64,000 nt of DNA from Alphaproteobacteria bacterium. GTDB lineage: Bacteria; Pseudomonadota; Alphaproteobacteria; GCA-2731375. Positions 39,915 to 49,686 of the stretch are shown in pieces; positions within the stretch are counted from its first letter, which is position 1; each line of letters opens with the position of its first letter. Location: contig CBDDBZ010000032.1 in assembly GCA_965225945.1 (NCBI GenBank), positions 224,001-288,000 of the forward strand, in the 5' to 3' direction. The position numbers and the translations under genes are program-made. The notes beneath the pieces were generated by a model, which ran no database searches, was not told the DNA's origin, and saw only the letters and a list, made by a program, of their open reading frames with translations.

Positions 39915-41996
39915 TCAGGCGGGGCGGATCCAGATCGCGTTGTCGTGGAAGGCGCCGCCGCCGATCGGCGCCACCGCGTCGGCACCGGTCAGCGCATTGA
40001 TGCCGATGCCTTCCTCGAAGGCGGCGTTGGGCCAGACGCTCTCGACGACCACCACGCCCCGCCGAACGCCGTCGTGCGCCTCGAGATGGATCACCACCGT
40101 GCCCCGATCGTTGCCGAGGCGAACCCGCTCGCCCTCCCCAACGCCGAATTCGGCCATGTCGTCGGGGTGCATCTTCACCGTCGGCCGGACCTCGCGGCGG
40201 ATCGAGGTCGGGGTCTCGGTGAAGGATGAATTGAGGTAGTTGCGGGCCGGCGCGGTCACCAGGCGGAAGGGCATCCGCGCCGTCTGCGCCTCGATCACCT
40301 CCCAATGGTCGGGGAGGCGCGGGCGGGCCTCGCTCCAGCCCGCCGGCCCGAAGTCGCCGACACTCCACTGCTCCCAGTCGGGCGCGAAATGGTATTTGCC
40401 GTCGGCGTTGGCGAAGCCGTTCAGGTAATGCGCGGTCTCGAAATCCGGCTGGGCGTCATGCCAATGGCGTTCCTCCAGCACGTCGAAACCGGGATAGCCC
40501 GAGGCCTTCAGCGTCCAGTCGGCGAGCTGCCTGGCGGTCATCTCGAAGCCCGGATGGCTGACGCCGAGCCGTTTCGCGAGCCCCTGCAACACCTCGTGGT
40601 TGGAGCGGCAGCCTTCCGGCGGCTCGACGATCCTCGGTCCCGGGATGACGTATTGATGGCCGCCGCCTTGATAGATGTCGTCGTGCTCCAGGAACATCGT
40701 CGCCGGCAGCACGATGTCGGCCATGGCCGCGGTTTCGGTCATGAACTGCTCGTGCACCACGGTGAAGAGGTCGTCGCGGGCGAAGCCGGCGCGGACCTTG
40801 TTCAGATCCGGCGCGATCATCATCGGGTTGGTGTTCTGGATGAAGAGGGCGGTCACCGGCGGGCCGCCCCTGAGCGGCTCCGCCTCGCCGGTCAGGATCG
40901 GGCCGATCCGCGTCTGGTCCAACATCCGGATCGAGCGGTCGCGGACGTCCAGCCCCTCGATCATGGACTTGTCCCAGCCGAAGATGGAGCCGTTGTTGTG
41001 GAAGGCGCCGCCGCCTTCGTATTGCCAGGCCCCGGTCACCGCCGCGATCGAGAGAGCTGCGTGCATGTTGAAGGCGCCGTTGCGATTGCGCGTGAAGCCG
41101 TAGCCGAGGCGCAGGTAGGTCCGCTTGGTCTCGCCGACGAGCTTGGCGAAGGCCTCGATCTCGGCCACCGGAACCGCGGTGATGGCGGAGGCCCATTCCG
41201 GCGTCCGGGTGGCGAGATGAGCCTCCAGCTCGGCCGGGCAATCGGTGTATTTCGCTAGATAGTCCCGGTCGGCATGACCGTCGCGGAACAGTACGTGCAT
41301 CACCGCGCAGGCGAATGCGCCGTCGGTGCCGGGCTTGAGGCAGATCTGGATGTCGGCCTGTTCCATCGTGCCGGTGCGGTAGACGTCGACGACCGCGATC
41401 CGAGCGCCGCGTTGCTTACGCGCGCGGGTCGCGTGGGTCATGACGTTAACCTGGGTGTTGACCGGGTTGGTGCCCCAGATCACCACCAGGTCGGATTTCG
41501 CCATTTCCCGGGGGTCGGCGCCGGCGAGCTTGCCGGTACCGGCAATGAAACCGTTCCAGGCGAGGGTCACGCAGATCGTCGAATGCTGGCCCGAGTATTT
41601 CTTGGCGTGGCGCAGGCGGTGAATGCCGTCGCGCATCACCAGGCCCATGGTGCCGGCGTAGAAGTAGGGCCAGACGGTCTCGGAGCCGAAGCTCCGTTCG
41701 GCCTTCGTCAGGCCCTCCGCCGTCTCGTCGAGGGCGTCTTCCCAGGAGATCGGCTGGAACTCGGCGCTCCCCTTGGCGCCGACGCGGCGCATCGGTCGAG
41801 TTAGGCGGTCGGGATGATGGATGCGCTCGGCGTAGCGGGCGACCTTGGCGCAGATCACGCCGGCCGTATAGCCGTTGTCCTTGGCGCCCCGGATCCGGCC
41901 GATCGTGCGCGGGTCCAGCCGTTCGACCTCCAGCGCGCAGGTCGAGGGGCAATCGTGGGGACAGGCGCTGTAGCGGATTTCCGGTCGGGCGTTCAC
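39915..41996 (-). CDS. Molybdopterin oxidoreductase (DMSO reductase family)
   Basis: CPHDCPSTC, ICAKV, ADIVLPAT, C-terminal MGD-binding domain. Confidence 0.92.
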   Translation of the reverse strand: MNARPEIRYSACPHDCPSTCALEVERLDPRTIGRIRGAKDNGYTAGVICAKVARYAERIHHPDRLTRPMRRVGAKGSAEFQPISWEDALDETAEGLTKAERSFGSETVWPYFYAGTMGLVMRDGIHRLRHAKKYSGQHSTICVTLAWNGFIAGTGKLAGADPREMAKSDLVVIWGTNPVNTQVNVMTHATRARKQRGARIAVVDVYRTGTMEQADIQICLKPGTDGAFACAVMHVLFRDGHADRDYLAKYTDCPAELEAHLATRTPEWASAITAVPVAEIEAFAKLVGETKRTYLRLGYGFTRNRNGAFNMHAALSIAAVTGAWQYEGGGAFHNNGSIFGWDKSMIEGLDVRDRSIRMLDQTRIGPILTGEAEPLRGGPPVTALFIQNTNPMMIAPDLNKVRAGFARDDLFTVVHEQFMTETAAMADIVLPATMFLEHDDIYQGGGHQYVIPGPRIVEPPEGCRSNHEVLQGLAKRLGVSHPGFEMTARQLADWTLKASGYPGFDVLEERHWHDAQPDFETAHYLNGFANADGKYHFAPDWEQWSVGDFGPAGWSEARPRLPDHWEVIEAQTARMPFRLVTAPARNYLNSSFTETPTSIRREVRPTVKMHPDDMAEFGVGEGERVRLGNDRGTVVIHLEAHDGVRRGVVVVESVWPNAAFEEGIGINALTGADAVAPIGGGAFHDNAIWIRPA

Positions 41997-42105
41997 GACG
42001 CGACTCCTCCTGGCGACGACGGCTCGCTCGACACCATGTCGACTTCACCCCAATGGCGCAAGAACTCCCGATCCCTTGTCCGGCGCGCCGTAGCCGGCGG
42101 ATCGT

Positions 42106-42624
42106 TCAATCGCGCGGTGGCGGCGGTGGCGGTGGGCCGTCGTGGCGGCGACGGCCGTGACGGCCGCGCTGGCGAGTCATCCGTTCGGCCAGCAGGCGGC
42201 GGGTCTCGGGGTCGACCCGCTCGATCAGCTCGACCATCGCCGCATGCACCCGGGCATGCGCATCGCCCGATCGCGCGCGCAATTCGTCGAACGCGCGGGT
42301 CAGGCGATTGGGCTCGTAGGGCACGGCGATCAGGGCGTCGTGCGCCTCCCGCCGGGCCCGGTGGAGCGCACGGAAGGCGGCGCCGATCTCGCCGCCACGC
42401 CGCTCCAGGATTTGCCGGGCCTCGGCCCGAGCCGGCTCCGGCAGGCGCTCGGCCATGCGCAGGATGTCGAGGCGCGGCGGGCCCAGGTGAAAGGCGCGGC
42501 CAGCGGCCGGTGGATCCCGCCAGTCGCGGATCCAGCCACCGAGGAGTATCCCACCCCCGAACAGGTTGACGGCGAGGGAGCCAGCCAGCAACCAGCCGAG
42601 CCATTTGCCGCCGGGAAAGGTCAT
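42106..42624 (-). CDS. Periplasmic heavy-metal sensor / Spy-CpxP-like protein
   Basis: LAGSLAVNLF N-terminal anchor, helical Arg-rich body. Confidence 0.75.
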   Translation of the reverse strand: MTFPGGKWLGWLLAGSLAVNLFGGGILLGGWIRDWRDPPAAGRAFHLGPPRLDILRMAERLPEPARAEARQILERRGGEIGAAFRALHRARREAHDALIAVPYEPNRLTRAFDELRARSGDAHARVHAAMVELIERVDPETRRLLAERMTRQRGRHGRRRHDGPPPPPPPRD

Positions 42625-43079
42625 TGCGCCGCCTCGCCACCTTCCGCCTCGTCGTCGCTCTCGGCGAAGGCGAAGGTCACCAGGTCGACGTCGAGCGCCA
42701 GGGCCGCCGGCCGGTGCAGGCCGCTCGAGCCGACGGCGATGCCAGCTAAGCCGGCAACCAGCATGGCGGTGGCCGGCCGCCAGGCGATCGCCAACCCCGC
42801 GAACCTGCTGCGCCACAAGGGTGGCGGCGGCGGCGGCGCCGCCGCGATCAGCCGGCCCTCCAGCGCGCTGGAGGGCGCGGGCGCCGGTATCGTGTCGAGC
42901 AGCGAGTCGAGCGCCGCTTCCTCGGCCATCATGCGGCGGGCCGCCACGGATCGGGCGAGCAGCGCCTGCGCCGCTTCGCGCTCCGCCTCGGGCCAGCGTT
43001 CCGATGCCGCGCCATGGGCCCGAATCAGCGCCTGGAGCCGTGCCTCGTTCATCCCTCTCAGCGCCCCGTCAGCGGTCAT
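42621..43079 (-). CDS. Putative anti-sigma factor
   Basis: HGA..RWP..ER motif, LDSLLD, single TM; translationally coupled (TGATG) to the sigma factor. Confidence 0.7.
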   Translation of the reverse strand: MTADGALRGMNEARLQALIRAHGAASERWPEAEREAAQALLARSVAARRMMAEEAALDSLLDTIPAPAPSSALEGRLIAAAPPPPPPLWRSRFAGLAIAWRPATAMLVAGLAGIAVGSSGLHRPAALALDVDLVTFAFAESDDEAEGGEAAQ

Positions 43080-43651
43080 CACGGCTCTCCCAACAGCTCG
43101 GGTCGACGGCTCGCCAACTCTTCCCGCAGACGCCGGCGGGCCCGGGCCAACAGGCTCTCCAACGCCTCGACGCCGATCTCCATGACCGCCGCCGCCTCGA
43201 TGTTGCCGAGATCCTGATAATACGCGAGGACCAGCGCGATTCGCTGGCGCTCCGGCAGCACGGCGATCGCGCGAGCGACGATAGCGGCGCGCTCGCGGCG
43301 TTCGAACTCGGCGCCGGCCCCGGGGTCGACCATGGGGTCGCGCGGGTCGCCGGCCGCTTCCAGGGCGACCTCGCGGCGCCGGCGCAGCCGGTCGATGCAG
43401 GCGTTCTTCGCCACCCGGTGCAACCAGGTCGACACTCGCGCCTCCCCGGGCCGCCAGCGCGACGCGCGGAGCCAGAGGGCGAGAATGCTCTCCTGGGCCA
43501 CGTCCTCGGCCTCGACCGCGTCGCCGAGGATGCGCGCGGCGAAGGCGACGACCGGCCCCAGGTGGCGATCGAGCAGGCGCCGGCAAGCGGTTTCGTCGCC
43601 TCGCGCGACCCGGGCGACGAGCGCATCGTCCTCGTCCTCCCGGGTCGACAT
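43079..43651 (-). CDS. ECF RNA polymerase sigma factor
   Basis: AEDVAQE, TWLHRVAKNACIDRLR, LPERQR, LESLLARARR. Confidence 0.93.
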   Translation of the reverse strand: MSTREDEDDALVARVARGDETACRRLLDRHLGPVVAFAARILGDAVEAEDVAQESILALWLRASRWRPGEARVSTWLHRVAKNACIDRLRRRREVALEAAGDPRDPMVDPGAGAEFERRERAAIVARAIAVLPERQRIALVLAYYQDLGNIEAAAVMEIGVEALESLLARARRRLREELASRRPELLGEP

Positions 43652-43666
43652 CGAGGCGGCGCGGGC

Positions 43667-44161
43667 CTAGCGGCGATGGCGGCGGCGCCGGCTACCGATG
43701 TCATCTACGGTGAGCGCGCCGTCGCCGTCGGCATCGAGCCGACTCCAGCGCCTGTCGGAAACCGCGCGCATCTCTTGCTCGTCGAGCGCGCCGTCGCCGT
43801 TCTTGTCCAGACGCTTGAAGTGGGCCTCCCGACGGAGCTGCTTGCGCGCTTCCATGTAGGCCGCCATCTCGTCGAGCTCGAGCTTCTGGTTGTTGTTGGC
43901 GTCGGCCTCGGCGAAAGCGGCGCGATGGGGCGCGTCGAATTCGTCGCGATCGATCCGCCCATCCTCGTTGGCATCGAGCATGCGCAGCATCGGGCCGCCG
44001 TGACCGGGACCGTGCCCCCGATCACCGGCGGCGAGGGCGGCGGCGGTGGCGGCGAGCAGCACGCCGGCGGCCACCAGCGCGGTGATCTTGAACGGGGGTC
44101 GGGAGGGCAGGTTTGGCAGGGCGCGCGCGGGCTCGCAAGGTTTCTCCTTCTGCAGTGCCAT
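43667..44161 (-). CDS. Exported EF-hand protein
   Basis: Four DxNxDG-type loops (DANEDG, DANNNQ, DKNGDG, DADGDG) after a hydrophobic signal segment. Confidence 0.85.
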   Translation of the reverse strand: MALQKEKPCEPARALPNLPSRPPFKITALVAAGVLLAATAAALAAGDRGHGPGHGGPMLRMLDANEDGRIDRDEFDAPHRAAFAEADANNNQKLELDEMAAYMEARKQLRREAHFKRLDKNGDGALDEQEMRAVSDRRWSRLDADGDGALTVDDIGSRRRRHRR

Positions 44162-44241
44162 CGGCGCGCCGCTATCCTCGGCCGCCTTACCTACTCACAC
44201 GGACGAGCCCAGGGAATCCGTCGCGCCCGGGTCAATTTTTT

Positions 44242-45435
44242 TCACGCCTCCGGCGCCGCCAAAAGCTTCATCGCGGCCTCGACGCCGCTCCCGCCGCGCG
44301 GCACGCCCTCGATGTCGAGGGCCATCTCGACCACGGCCAGCATGGCGAGCATCATGGCCTCGTTCAGATCTCCCATGTGGGCGATACGGAAGGCACGTCC
44401 GGCGAGCTTGCCAAGGCCGCCACCGAGCAGGACGTTGAAGCGAACCGCGGTGGTTTTCCGCACCGCCTCCCCATCGTGGCCCTCCGGCAGCAGCACGGTG
44501 GAGACGGAATCGCTATGCTCGCGGGGATCGAGGGACAGGAGCTCCGGGCCGACGCCGTCTCCCCGCCACGCCCTGATGGCGGCCCGTGTCGCCGCGCCCA
44601 AGCGACGATGGCGAGCGAAGGTCCGCTCCAGCCCCTCCTCCTCCAGCATGCGGATCGATTCCTGGAGGCCGTAGACCAGGTGCACCGGCGAGGTGCTGGT
44701 GAAGCCGAGCCGTCCGCCGCGGGGCCGAAGTGCCTTCCAATCCCAGTAGCTGCGTCCGAGACCCGCCGTTTCGGCCGCGGCCACCGCCTTGGGACCGGCG
44801 CCGACGAAGCCCAGGCCGGGCGGCAACATCAAGCCCTTCTGCGAGCCGCCGACCGCCACGTCGACGCCCCATTCGTCCATCCGAAAGTCGATGCTGGCGA
44901 GAGAGGAAATGGTGTCGACCATGAAGAGGGCGCCGTGTCCGGCCGCGTCGATCGCCCGGCGCACCTCCGCCACCCGGCTGGCGATTCCGGTCGAAGTCTC
45001 GTTGTGCACCAGGCAGAGCGCCTTGATCTCGCCGCCCGTATCGCGGCGCAGGCGGTCCCGAATCGCGTCCGGGTCGGGTCCGTGGCGCCAGTCGCCTTCC
45101 ATCCGCTCCGCTACCAGGGCGAGATCGCTCGCCAACTCCTCCCACCAGAGCGAGAAGGCGCCGGTCTCCGGCACCAGCACCCGGTCCCCCGGCGAGAGCG
45201 TGTTGACGAACGCCGCCTCCCAGGCGCCGCGCCCGCTGGAGGCATAGGCGAAGACGTCGTGCTCGGTCCGGAAGACCCATTTCAGGCCCTCGAAGATCTC
45301 CTCCTGCACCTGGAGAAAGGCAGGGCTGTTGAAGTCGGTCGCCGGCCGGTCCATGGCCCGGAGGATCCGATCGGGGATGTTGGTCGGCCCGGGGATCGCC
45401 AGGAGCTGGCGGCCCCGGAGGACGGGTTGGTTCAT
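44242..45435 (-). CDS. Class V aminotransferase (serine-glyoxylate type)
   Basis: IPGPT, VHNETSTG, VDTISS, GSQKGLMLPPG, FRIAHMG. Confidence 0.92.
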   Translation of the reverse strand: MNQPVLRGRQLLAIPGPTNIPDRILRAMDRPATDFNSPAFLQVQEEIFEGLKWVFRTEHDVFAYASSGRGAWEAAFVNTLSPGDRVLVPETGAFSLWWEELASDLALVAERMEGDWRHGPDPDAIRDRLRRDTGGEIKALCLVHNETSTGIASRVAEVRRAIDAAGHGALFMVDTISSLASIDFRMDEWGVDVAVGGSQKGLMLPPGLGFVGAGPKAVAAAETAGLGRSYWDWKALRPRGGRLGFTSTSPVHLVYGLQESIRMLEEEGLERTFARHRRLGAATRAAIRAWRGDGVGPELLSLDPREHSDSVSTVLLPEGHDGEAVRKTTAVRFNVLLGGGLGKLAGRAFRIAHMGDLNEAMMLAMLAVVEMALDIEGVPRGGSGVEAAMKLLAAPEA

Positions 45436-45450
45436 GGGCGGGCGCTCGGG

Positions 45451-45663
45451 TCAGTAGACGTGTTCGTCGAGGCTCGGCAGCAGGAAGGCGCCGAAGACGC
45501 TCGGGCCGGTCACCGGCGGGGCCGGTGTGACGAAGCTCTCGTCGATTTCGCTGGGCGAGGCGGCGCCGACAGAACTCTCCCAGATGCCGCGGCCCGTCCG
45601 GGCCCGCGCCGCCTTGACGATTTCGTGCAGATTGAGGAACGCCTCGGCCCCCGTGCTCGCCAT
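45451..45663 (-). pseudogene. Internally deleted FMN alpha-hydroxy-acid oxidase remnant (N- and C-termini fused)
   Basis: FLNLHEIVKAARAR..IW N-terminus joined to SEIDESFVTPAPPV..SVFGAF C-terminus in 70 aa. Confidence 0.55.
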
Positions 45664-45873
45664 CCCGCCACCTCGCTTCGCTCTTCGGCGGGCTACTTCT
45701 AGCAGCAAATCCGCCGCCCGGGTCGGTGGAATCGGGCATCGGGCAGATCATACCCATTTGGGTGATGTCGTCCGCCGGGAGAATTCGTAAATATTCGGTT
45801 AACGAACAGAATTGGGAATGCCGCCAGATTGGCATTAATTCCGCGACACTCGCGGTCAAGGAGGTCGTAACAC

Positions 45874-46137
45874 ATGCGTTATCCAGAAGCCGTCCTCGAG
45901 CTCAGGCACGATCGTAATCCCTGCCGGGTCGAGGAACTCTCGCCGGCCGCGGCCTGCATCCGCACCGAACGAAGCACCGCCGATCTCGACGGCGCCGAAG
46001 CGGTTCTCGTGATCCCGGGCTACGGCCATATTCCGGCCGAGGTGGTGGTCCTGACGGACGGCTCGACCGGACTCATGTTCTTGCATGACGGCCGGGCGCG
46101 GGACGCCATGCGCTGCTGGATCGCCAGCACGCAATAA
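45874..46137 (+). CDS. Small PilZ-fold-like protein (degenerate)
   Basis: aaggagg RBS; C.VEELSPAAACI..LVIPGYGHIPAEVV..GLMF pattern. Confidence 0.5.
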   Translation: MRYPEAVLELRHDRNPCRVEELSPAAACIRTERSTADLDGAEAVLVIPGYGHIPAEVVVLTDGSTGLMFLHDGRARDAMRCWIASTQ

Positions 46138-46330
46138 TGTCGAGGCGCCAGCTCCCCCGCCCCTCTCCCCTGGCCAAACCACCCAGGAATGGTACCCTCA
46201 TGGATGGCCCAGAGGAGGAGCGGGGCGGACGGGGCTCATGTCCTTTGGTATAATATCGAGGCGCCCGAGAGCGCCCCGATCCCACACCCGGGGAACCCCC
46301 TCACCCCCCGGCACGTCGCGAGGGGCGTGA

Positions 46331-46993
46331 ATGCGGAGACGATATGCGTTGCTCGGTCCGCTGCTCGCCCTGGGCCTGCTGCTGTCGTGCGACGCCCCTC
46401 GGGCCCCACCTTCGAAAACGTCCCTCGCGACGCCAGATCCTTCAGAGAGCGAATCCGCCGGCGTCGCGATCCAGGTCACCAGCAACGGCTGGCATACCGA
46501 TATCGTCGTCGCCCAGGGCGAGGCGGTCCGGCGCGCGATCCCGGAGGTGGCGGATTTTCCCGACGCGCGCTATCTGAGCTTCGGCTGGGGCGACGCCGAG
46601 TTCTATCGGACGCCGGACCCGGGCTTGGCCATGACGCTTCAGGCCGCGCTGGCGCCGACCCCGGCGGTGGTACATCTGGTCGGACTGCGCCGCCAACCGG
46701 GCGAGGCCTTCCCCTCGGCGGAGGTCATCACCATCACCGTGACGGCGCCCCGATACGAGGCGCTGCTCGCCCATCTCGCCGCCGCCTTCGATCGCGGCGG
46801 TCGGGATCGGGTCAGCGCGCTGGGACCGGGACTCTATTCCAGCAGTCGCTTCTACCCCGGAAGCGGTGAATTTCACCTCTTCAACACCTGCAACACGTGG
46901 ACCGCCAACGGCTTGGCGGTGGCGGGGGTGCTGCAGGCGGCGGACGGCATCATCCGGGCGGAGACGCTGATGTCACGGCTCCGCACGCCATGA
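46331..46993 (+). CDS. DUF2459 family lipoprotein-like protein
   Basis: LLLSC lipobox, NGWHTDIV, FGWGD..FY, FHLFNTCNTWT. Confidence 0.82.
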   Translation: MRRRYALLGPLLALGLLLSCDAPRAPPSKTSLATPDPSESESAGVAIQVTSNGWHTDIVVAQGEAVRRAIPEVADFPDARYLSFGWGDAEFYRTPDPGLAMTLQAALAPTPAVVHLVGLRRQPGEAFPSAEVITITVTAPRYEALLAHLAAAFDRGGRDRVSALGPGLYSSSRFYPGSGEFHLFNTCNTWTANGLAVAGVLQAADGIIRAETLMSRLRTP

Positions 46994-47051
46994 TAGGATG
47001 TGCGCCCCGACCGTCGAAGGGTCGGCGTTTCGAAACGGAAGGTCCCGGCGG

Positions 47052-47903
47052 ATGTCCGAAATCTCGCCGCTCTGGCCCGCGAGGCTGCATCATCTCCGGC
47101 TCGACAGCGAGGCGCCGGAGGCCCTGATCGAATTTTATCGTGACGGCTTCCAGATGACGGCGCGACGGCTCGGCGGCGACCTCTGGCGGCTCGACGGGCG
47201 CGAGCGGCGGCTGCTGATCGGCCGGGGTGTCGACGAGACCGTGGCCTATGGCGCCTTTGCGCTGGACGATCCCGCGCGCCTGGACGCCCTGCATCGCCGG
47301 CTGGAGGCCCACGACGTGCCAATGCTCGCCAATCCGAGCCCGCTCTTCGGCAACGCCGCCTTCGCGATCCACGATCCCGACGGCCAGACCGTCGTCTTCG
47401 GCGTACCGGGGGCGGAAGCCGAATGCGATGCAGCGGCGACCGGGCTTCCCGGGCGAACCCAGCACCTGGTATTCGCTTCCGAGCAGCCAGAGGAGGTCGC
47501 CGCTTTTTACCGTGACGTTCTCGGCTTCATGGTCTCGGACGAGGTGCGGGACGACGAAGGGCGGCTCGGCGCCTGTTTCCTGCGCTCCGACGAAGAGCAT
47601 CATTCCTATGCCGTGTTCCGCTCCGAGGGCGCGCGCTACGATCATCACGCGCTGGAGACGAGCTGCTGGAACGACATCCGCGACTGGGCCGATCATTTCG
47701 TACGCATGCGGGTGCCGCTCTGGTGGGGGCCGGGACGGCACGGGCCGGGCAACAACCTCTTCGCCATGGTCCGTGATCCCGACGGCAACCGCATCGAGCT
47801 CTCGGCCGAGATCGAGCGCATGCCCGCTGAGATGGCGTTCCGCTCCTGGCCGCACGAGGAATTCACCCTCAACATGTGGGGCGGCGCCTGGATGCGGAAC
47901 TGA
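47052..47903 (+). CDS. VOC-family extradiol dioxygenase-like protein
   Basis: FLRSDEEHHS, DHHALE, WGPGRHGPGNN, DPDGNRIE. Confidence 0.88.
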   Translation: MSEISPLWPARLHHLRLDSEAPEALIEFYRDGFQMTARRLGGDLWRLDGRERRLLIGRGVDETVAYGAFALDDPARLDALHRRLEAHDVPMLANPSPLFGNAAFAIHDPDGQTVVFGVPGAEAECDAAATGLPGRTQHLVFASEQPEEVAAFYRDVLGFMVSDEVRDDEGRLGACFLRSDEEHHSYAVFRSEGARYDHHALETSCWNDIRDWADHFVRMRVPLWWGPGRHGPGNNLFAMVRDPDGNRIELSAEIERMPAEMAFRSWPHEEFTLNMWGGAWMRN

Positions 47904-47909
47904 GGCTCG

Positions 47910-48226
47910 GTGTCCGACCGAAACGAACGCCGCCTGGACCGAGCCGCTACGATCCGCGTCTTCCGCGCCCGCCTACGCGAGGCGATGGAGGCGCAAATTC
48001 TCACCCAATCGGGCCCAGGCGCGCGCCGCCGACCGCCTGGCCTACAGCCGCCGGCTGGAGACCGACATCGAGGTCTGCAACACAGTGCAGGCGATCGAGG
48101 GATTCGCCCGGGGCGAGGGCCTCTGGGCCACTCTCGACATCAACGATCCGCGCCGCCGTGGTCCAGCCGACCGACGTCGCTGCCTTCCTCCGCACGCTGC
48201 TGAAGCGGACCGAGGTGGCGCCATAG
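47910..48226 (+). pseudogene. Collapsed HTH transcriptional regulator remnant
   Basis: Three pieces in different frames: FRARLREAM.., RLAYSRRLETDIEVC..FARGEGLW, VVQPTDVAAFLRTLL*. Confidence 0.55.
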
Positions 48227-48353
48227 CGTCGAGCCTTGTCGCCCTGGCTCGGATCGCCTCCGCTGCCGGCGGTCGCGACGCGGCCCCCACCATTGCGGCG
48301 ATGTGCTACCCATGGCGATGATCTTGGAGGGACCCCAGCGGCGGGAGGTGAAA

Positions 48354-49631
48354 ATGACGGCGCTCAACGAATTGACGGCGGTCGAGGCGGCCAGGCGGAT
48401 CCGCGCCGGCGAGATCACCAGCGAGGCCCTGGTCCGCGCCTGCCTGGAGCGGATCGAGACCCGGGACGACACCGTCCACGCCTGGGTGGCGCTCGACCCC
48501 GACCAGGCAATCGCCCAGGCCCGCGCGGCGGACCAACAGCCGGCGGAAAGCCCGATTCACGGCCTTCCCGTCGGCATCAAGGACATCATCAATACCGCCG
48601 ACCTGCCGACGCGCCACGGCTCCCCGATATATGCCGACAACCGGCCGTCGGGCGATGCCGCCTGCGTCGCCATGATCCGCCGTGGCCACGGCGTGATCCT
48701 GGGCAAGACGGTGACCACCGAGTTCGCCTATCTGACCCCGCGCGAGACGCGAAACCCGCACGATCCGACGCGCACGCCCGGCGGCTCCTCTTCCGGCTCC
48801 GCCGCCGCCGTGGCCGATGCCATGGTGCCGCTCGCCTATGGCACCCAGACCGCCGGCTCGGTGATCCGCCCCGCGGCCTTTTGCGGCGTGGTCGCCTACA
48901 AGGGCTCCTTCGGGGCCTTGCCGATGGCCGGCATCAAGCCCTTCGCGCCGCTCCTCGACACGCTCGGCATCTTCGCCCGCCAGGTGGCCGACACGGCGCT
49001 GCTCAGAAGCGCGCTGAGCGGCTCAGCCGCGACGCCGTCCTCGCTCGACCGACCGCCCCGTATCGCCCTCTTTCGTGCCCCTGAGTGGGACCGGGCCGAC
49101 GCGGCGAGCAAGGATGCGGTCGAGGGCGCGGCAGCGCGCCTGGCGACGGCCGGCGCCGAGGTCGCCGAAGTGGCGCCGCCCGACGCCTTCGCCGATCTCG
49201 TCGAGGCACAAATGCTGGTGCTCGGCTACGAGGGCGCGCGTTCCTACGCCTCGGAATATCAGCGGGCGCCGGAACTGATGAGCGACGGGATCCGGGCGGA
49301 GATCGAGAACGGTCTGGCGATTGCGCACGCCGATTACGTGGCCGCCTGGCGGCTCGCCTCGTTTTGCCAGGGACTGCTGAACGGCATCCTGGACGATTGT
49401 GACGTCCTGCTGGCGCCGAGCGCGGTGGGCGAGGCGCCGGTCGGCGAGGCCACGGGCGATCCGCTGTTCAACCGGGCCTGGACCTTCCTGCACGCCGCCT
49501 GCCTGACGCTGCCGGCCGCCCGGGGACCGAACGGCATGCCGGTGGGCATCCAGGCGATCGCCGGCCCGGGCCAAGACGACCACTTGCTCGCCGTCGGTCA
49601 ATGGATGGAGGCCGCGCTCTCGATGAACTGA
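48354..49631 (+). CDS. Amidase signature family enzyme
   Basis: GIKD, PGGSSSGSAAAVA, GTQTAGSVIRPAAFCG. Confidence 0.93.
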   Translation: MTALNELTAVEAARRIRAGEITSEALVRACLERIETRDDTVHAWVALDPDQAIAQARAADQQPAESPIHGLPVGIKDIINTADLPTRHGSPIYADNRPSGDAACVAMIRRGHGVILGKTVTTEFAYLTPRETRNPHDPTRTPGGSSSGSAAAVADAMVPLAYGTQTAGSVIRPAAFCGVVAYKGSFGALPMAGIKPFAPLLDTLGIFARQVADTALLRSALSGSAATPSSLDRPPRIALFRAPEWDRADAASKDAVEGAAARLATAGAEVAEVAPPDAFADLVEAQMLVLGYEGARSYASEYQRAPELMSDGIRAEIENGLAIAHADYVAAWRLASFCQGLLNGILDDCDVLLAPSAVGEAPVGEATGDPLFNRAWTFLHAACLTLPAARGPNGMPVGIQAIAGPGQDDHLLAVGQWMEAALSMN

Positions 49632-49686
49632 TGGTGTTCCCGTGAAGACGTACACCGAGCCAAGCGACGGACTTTTTGACCGGGAA

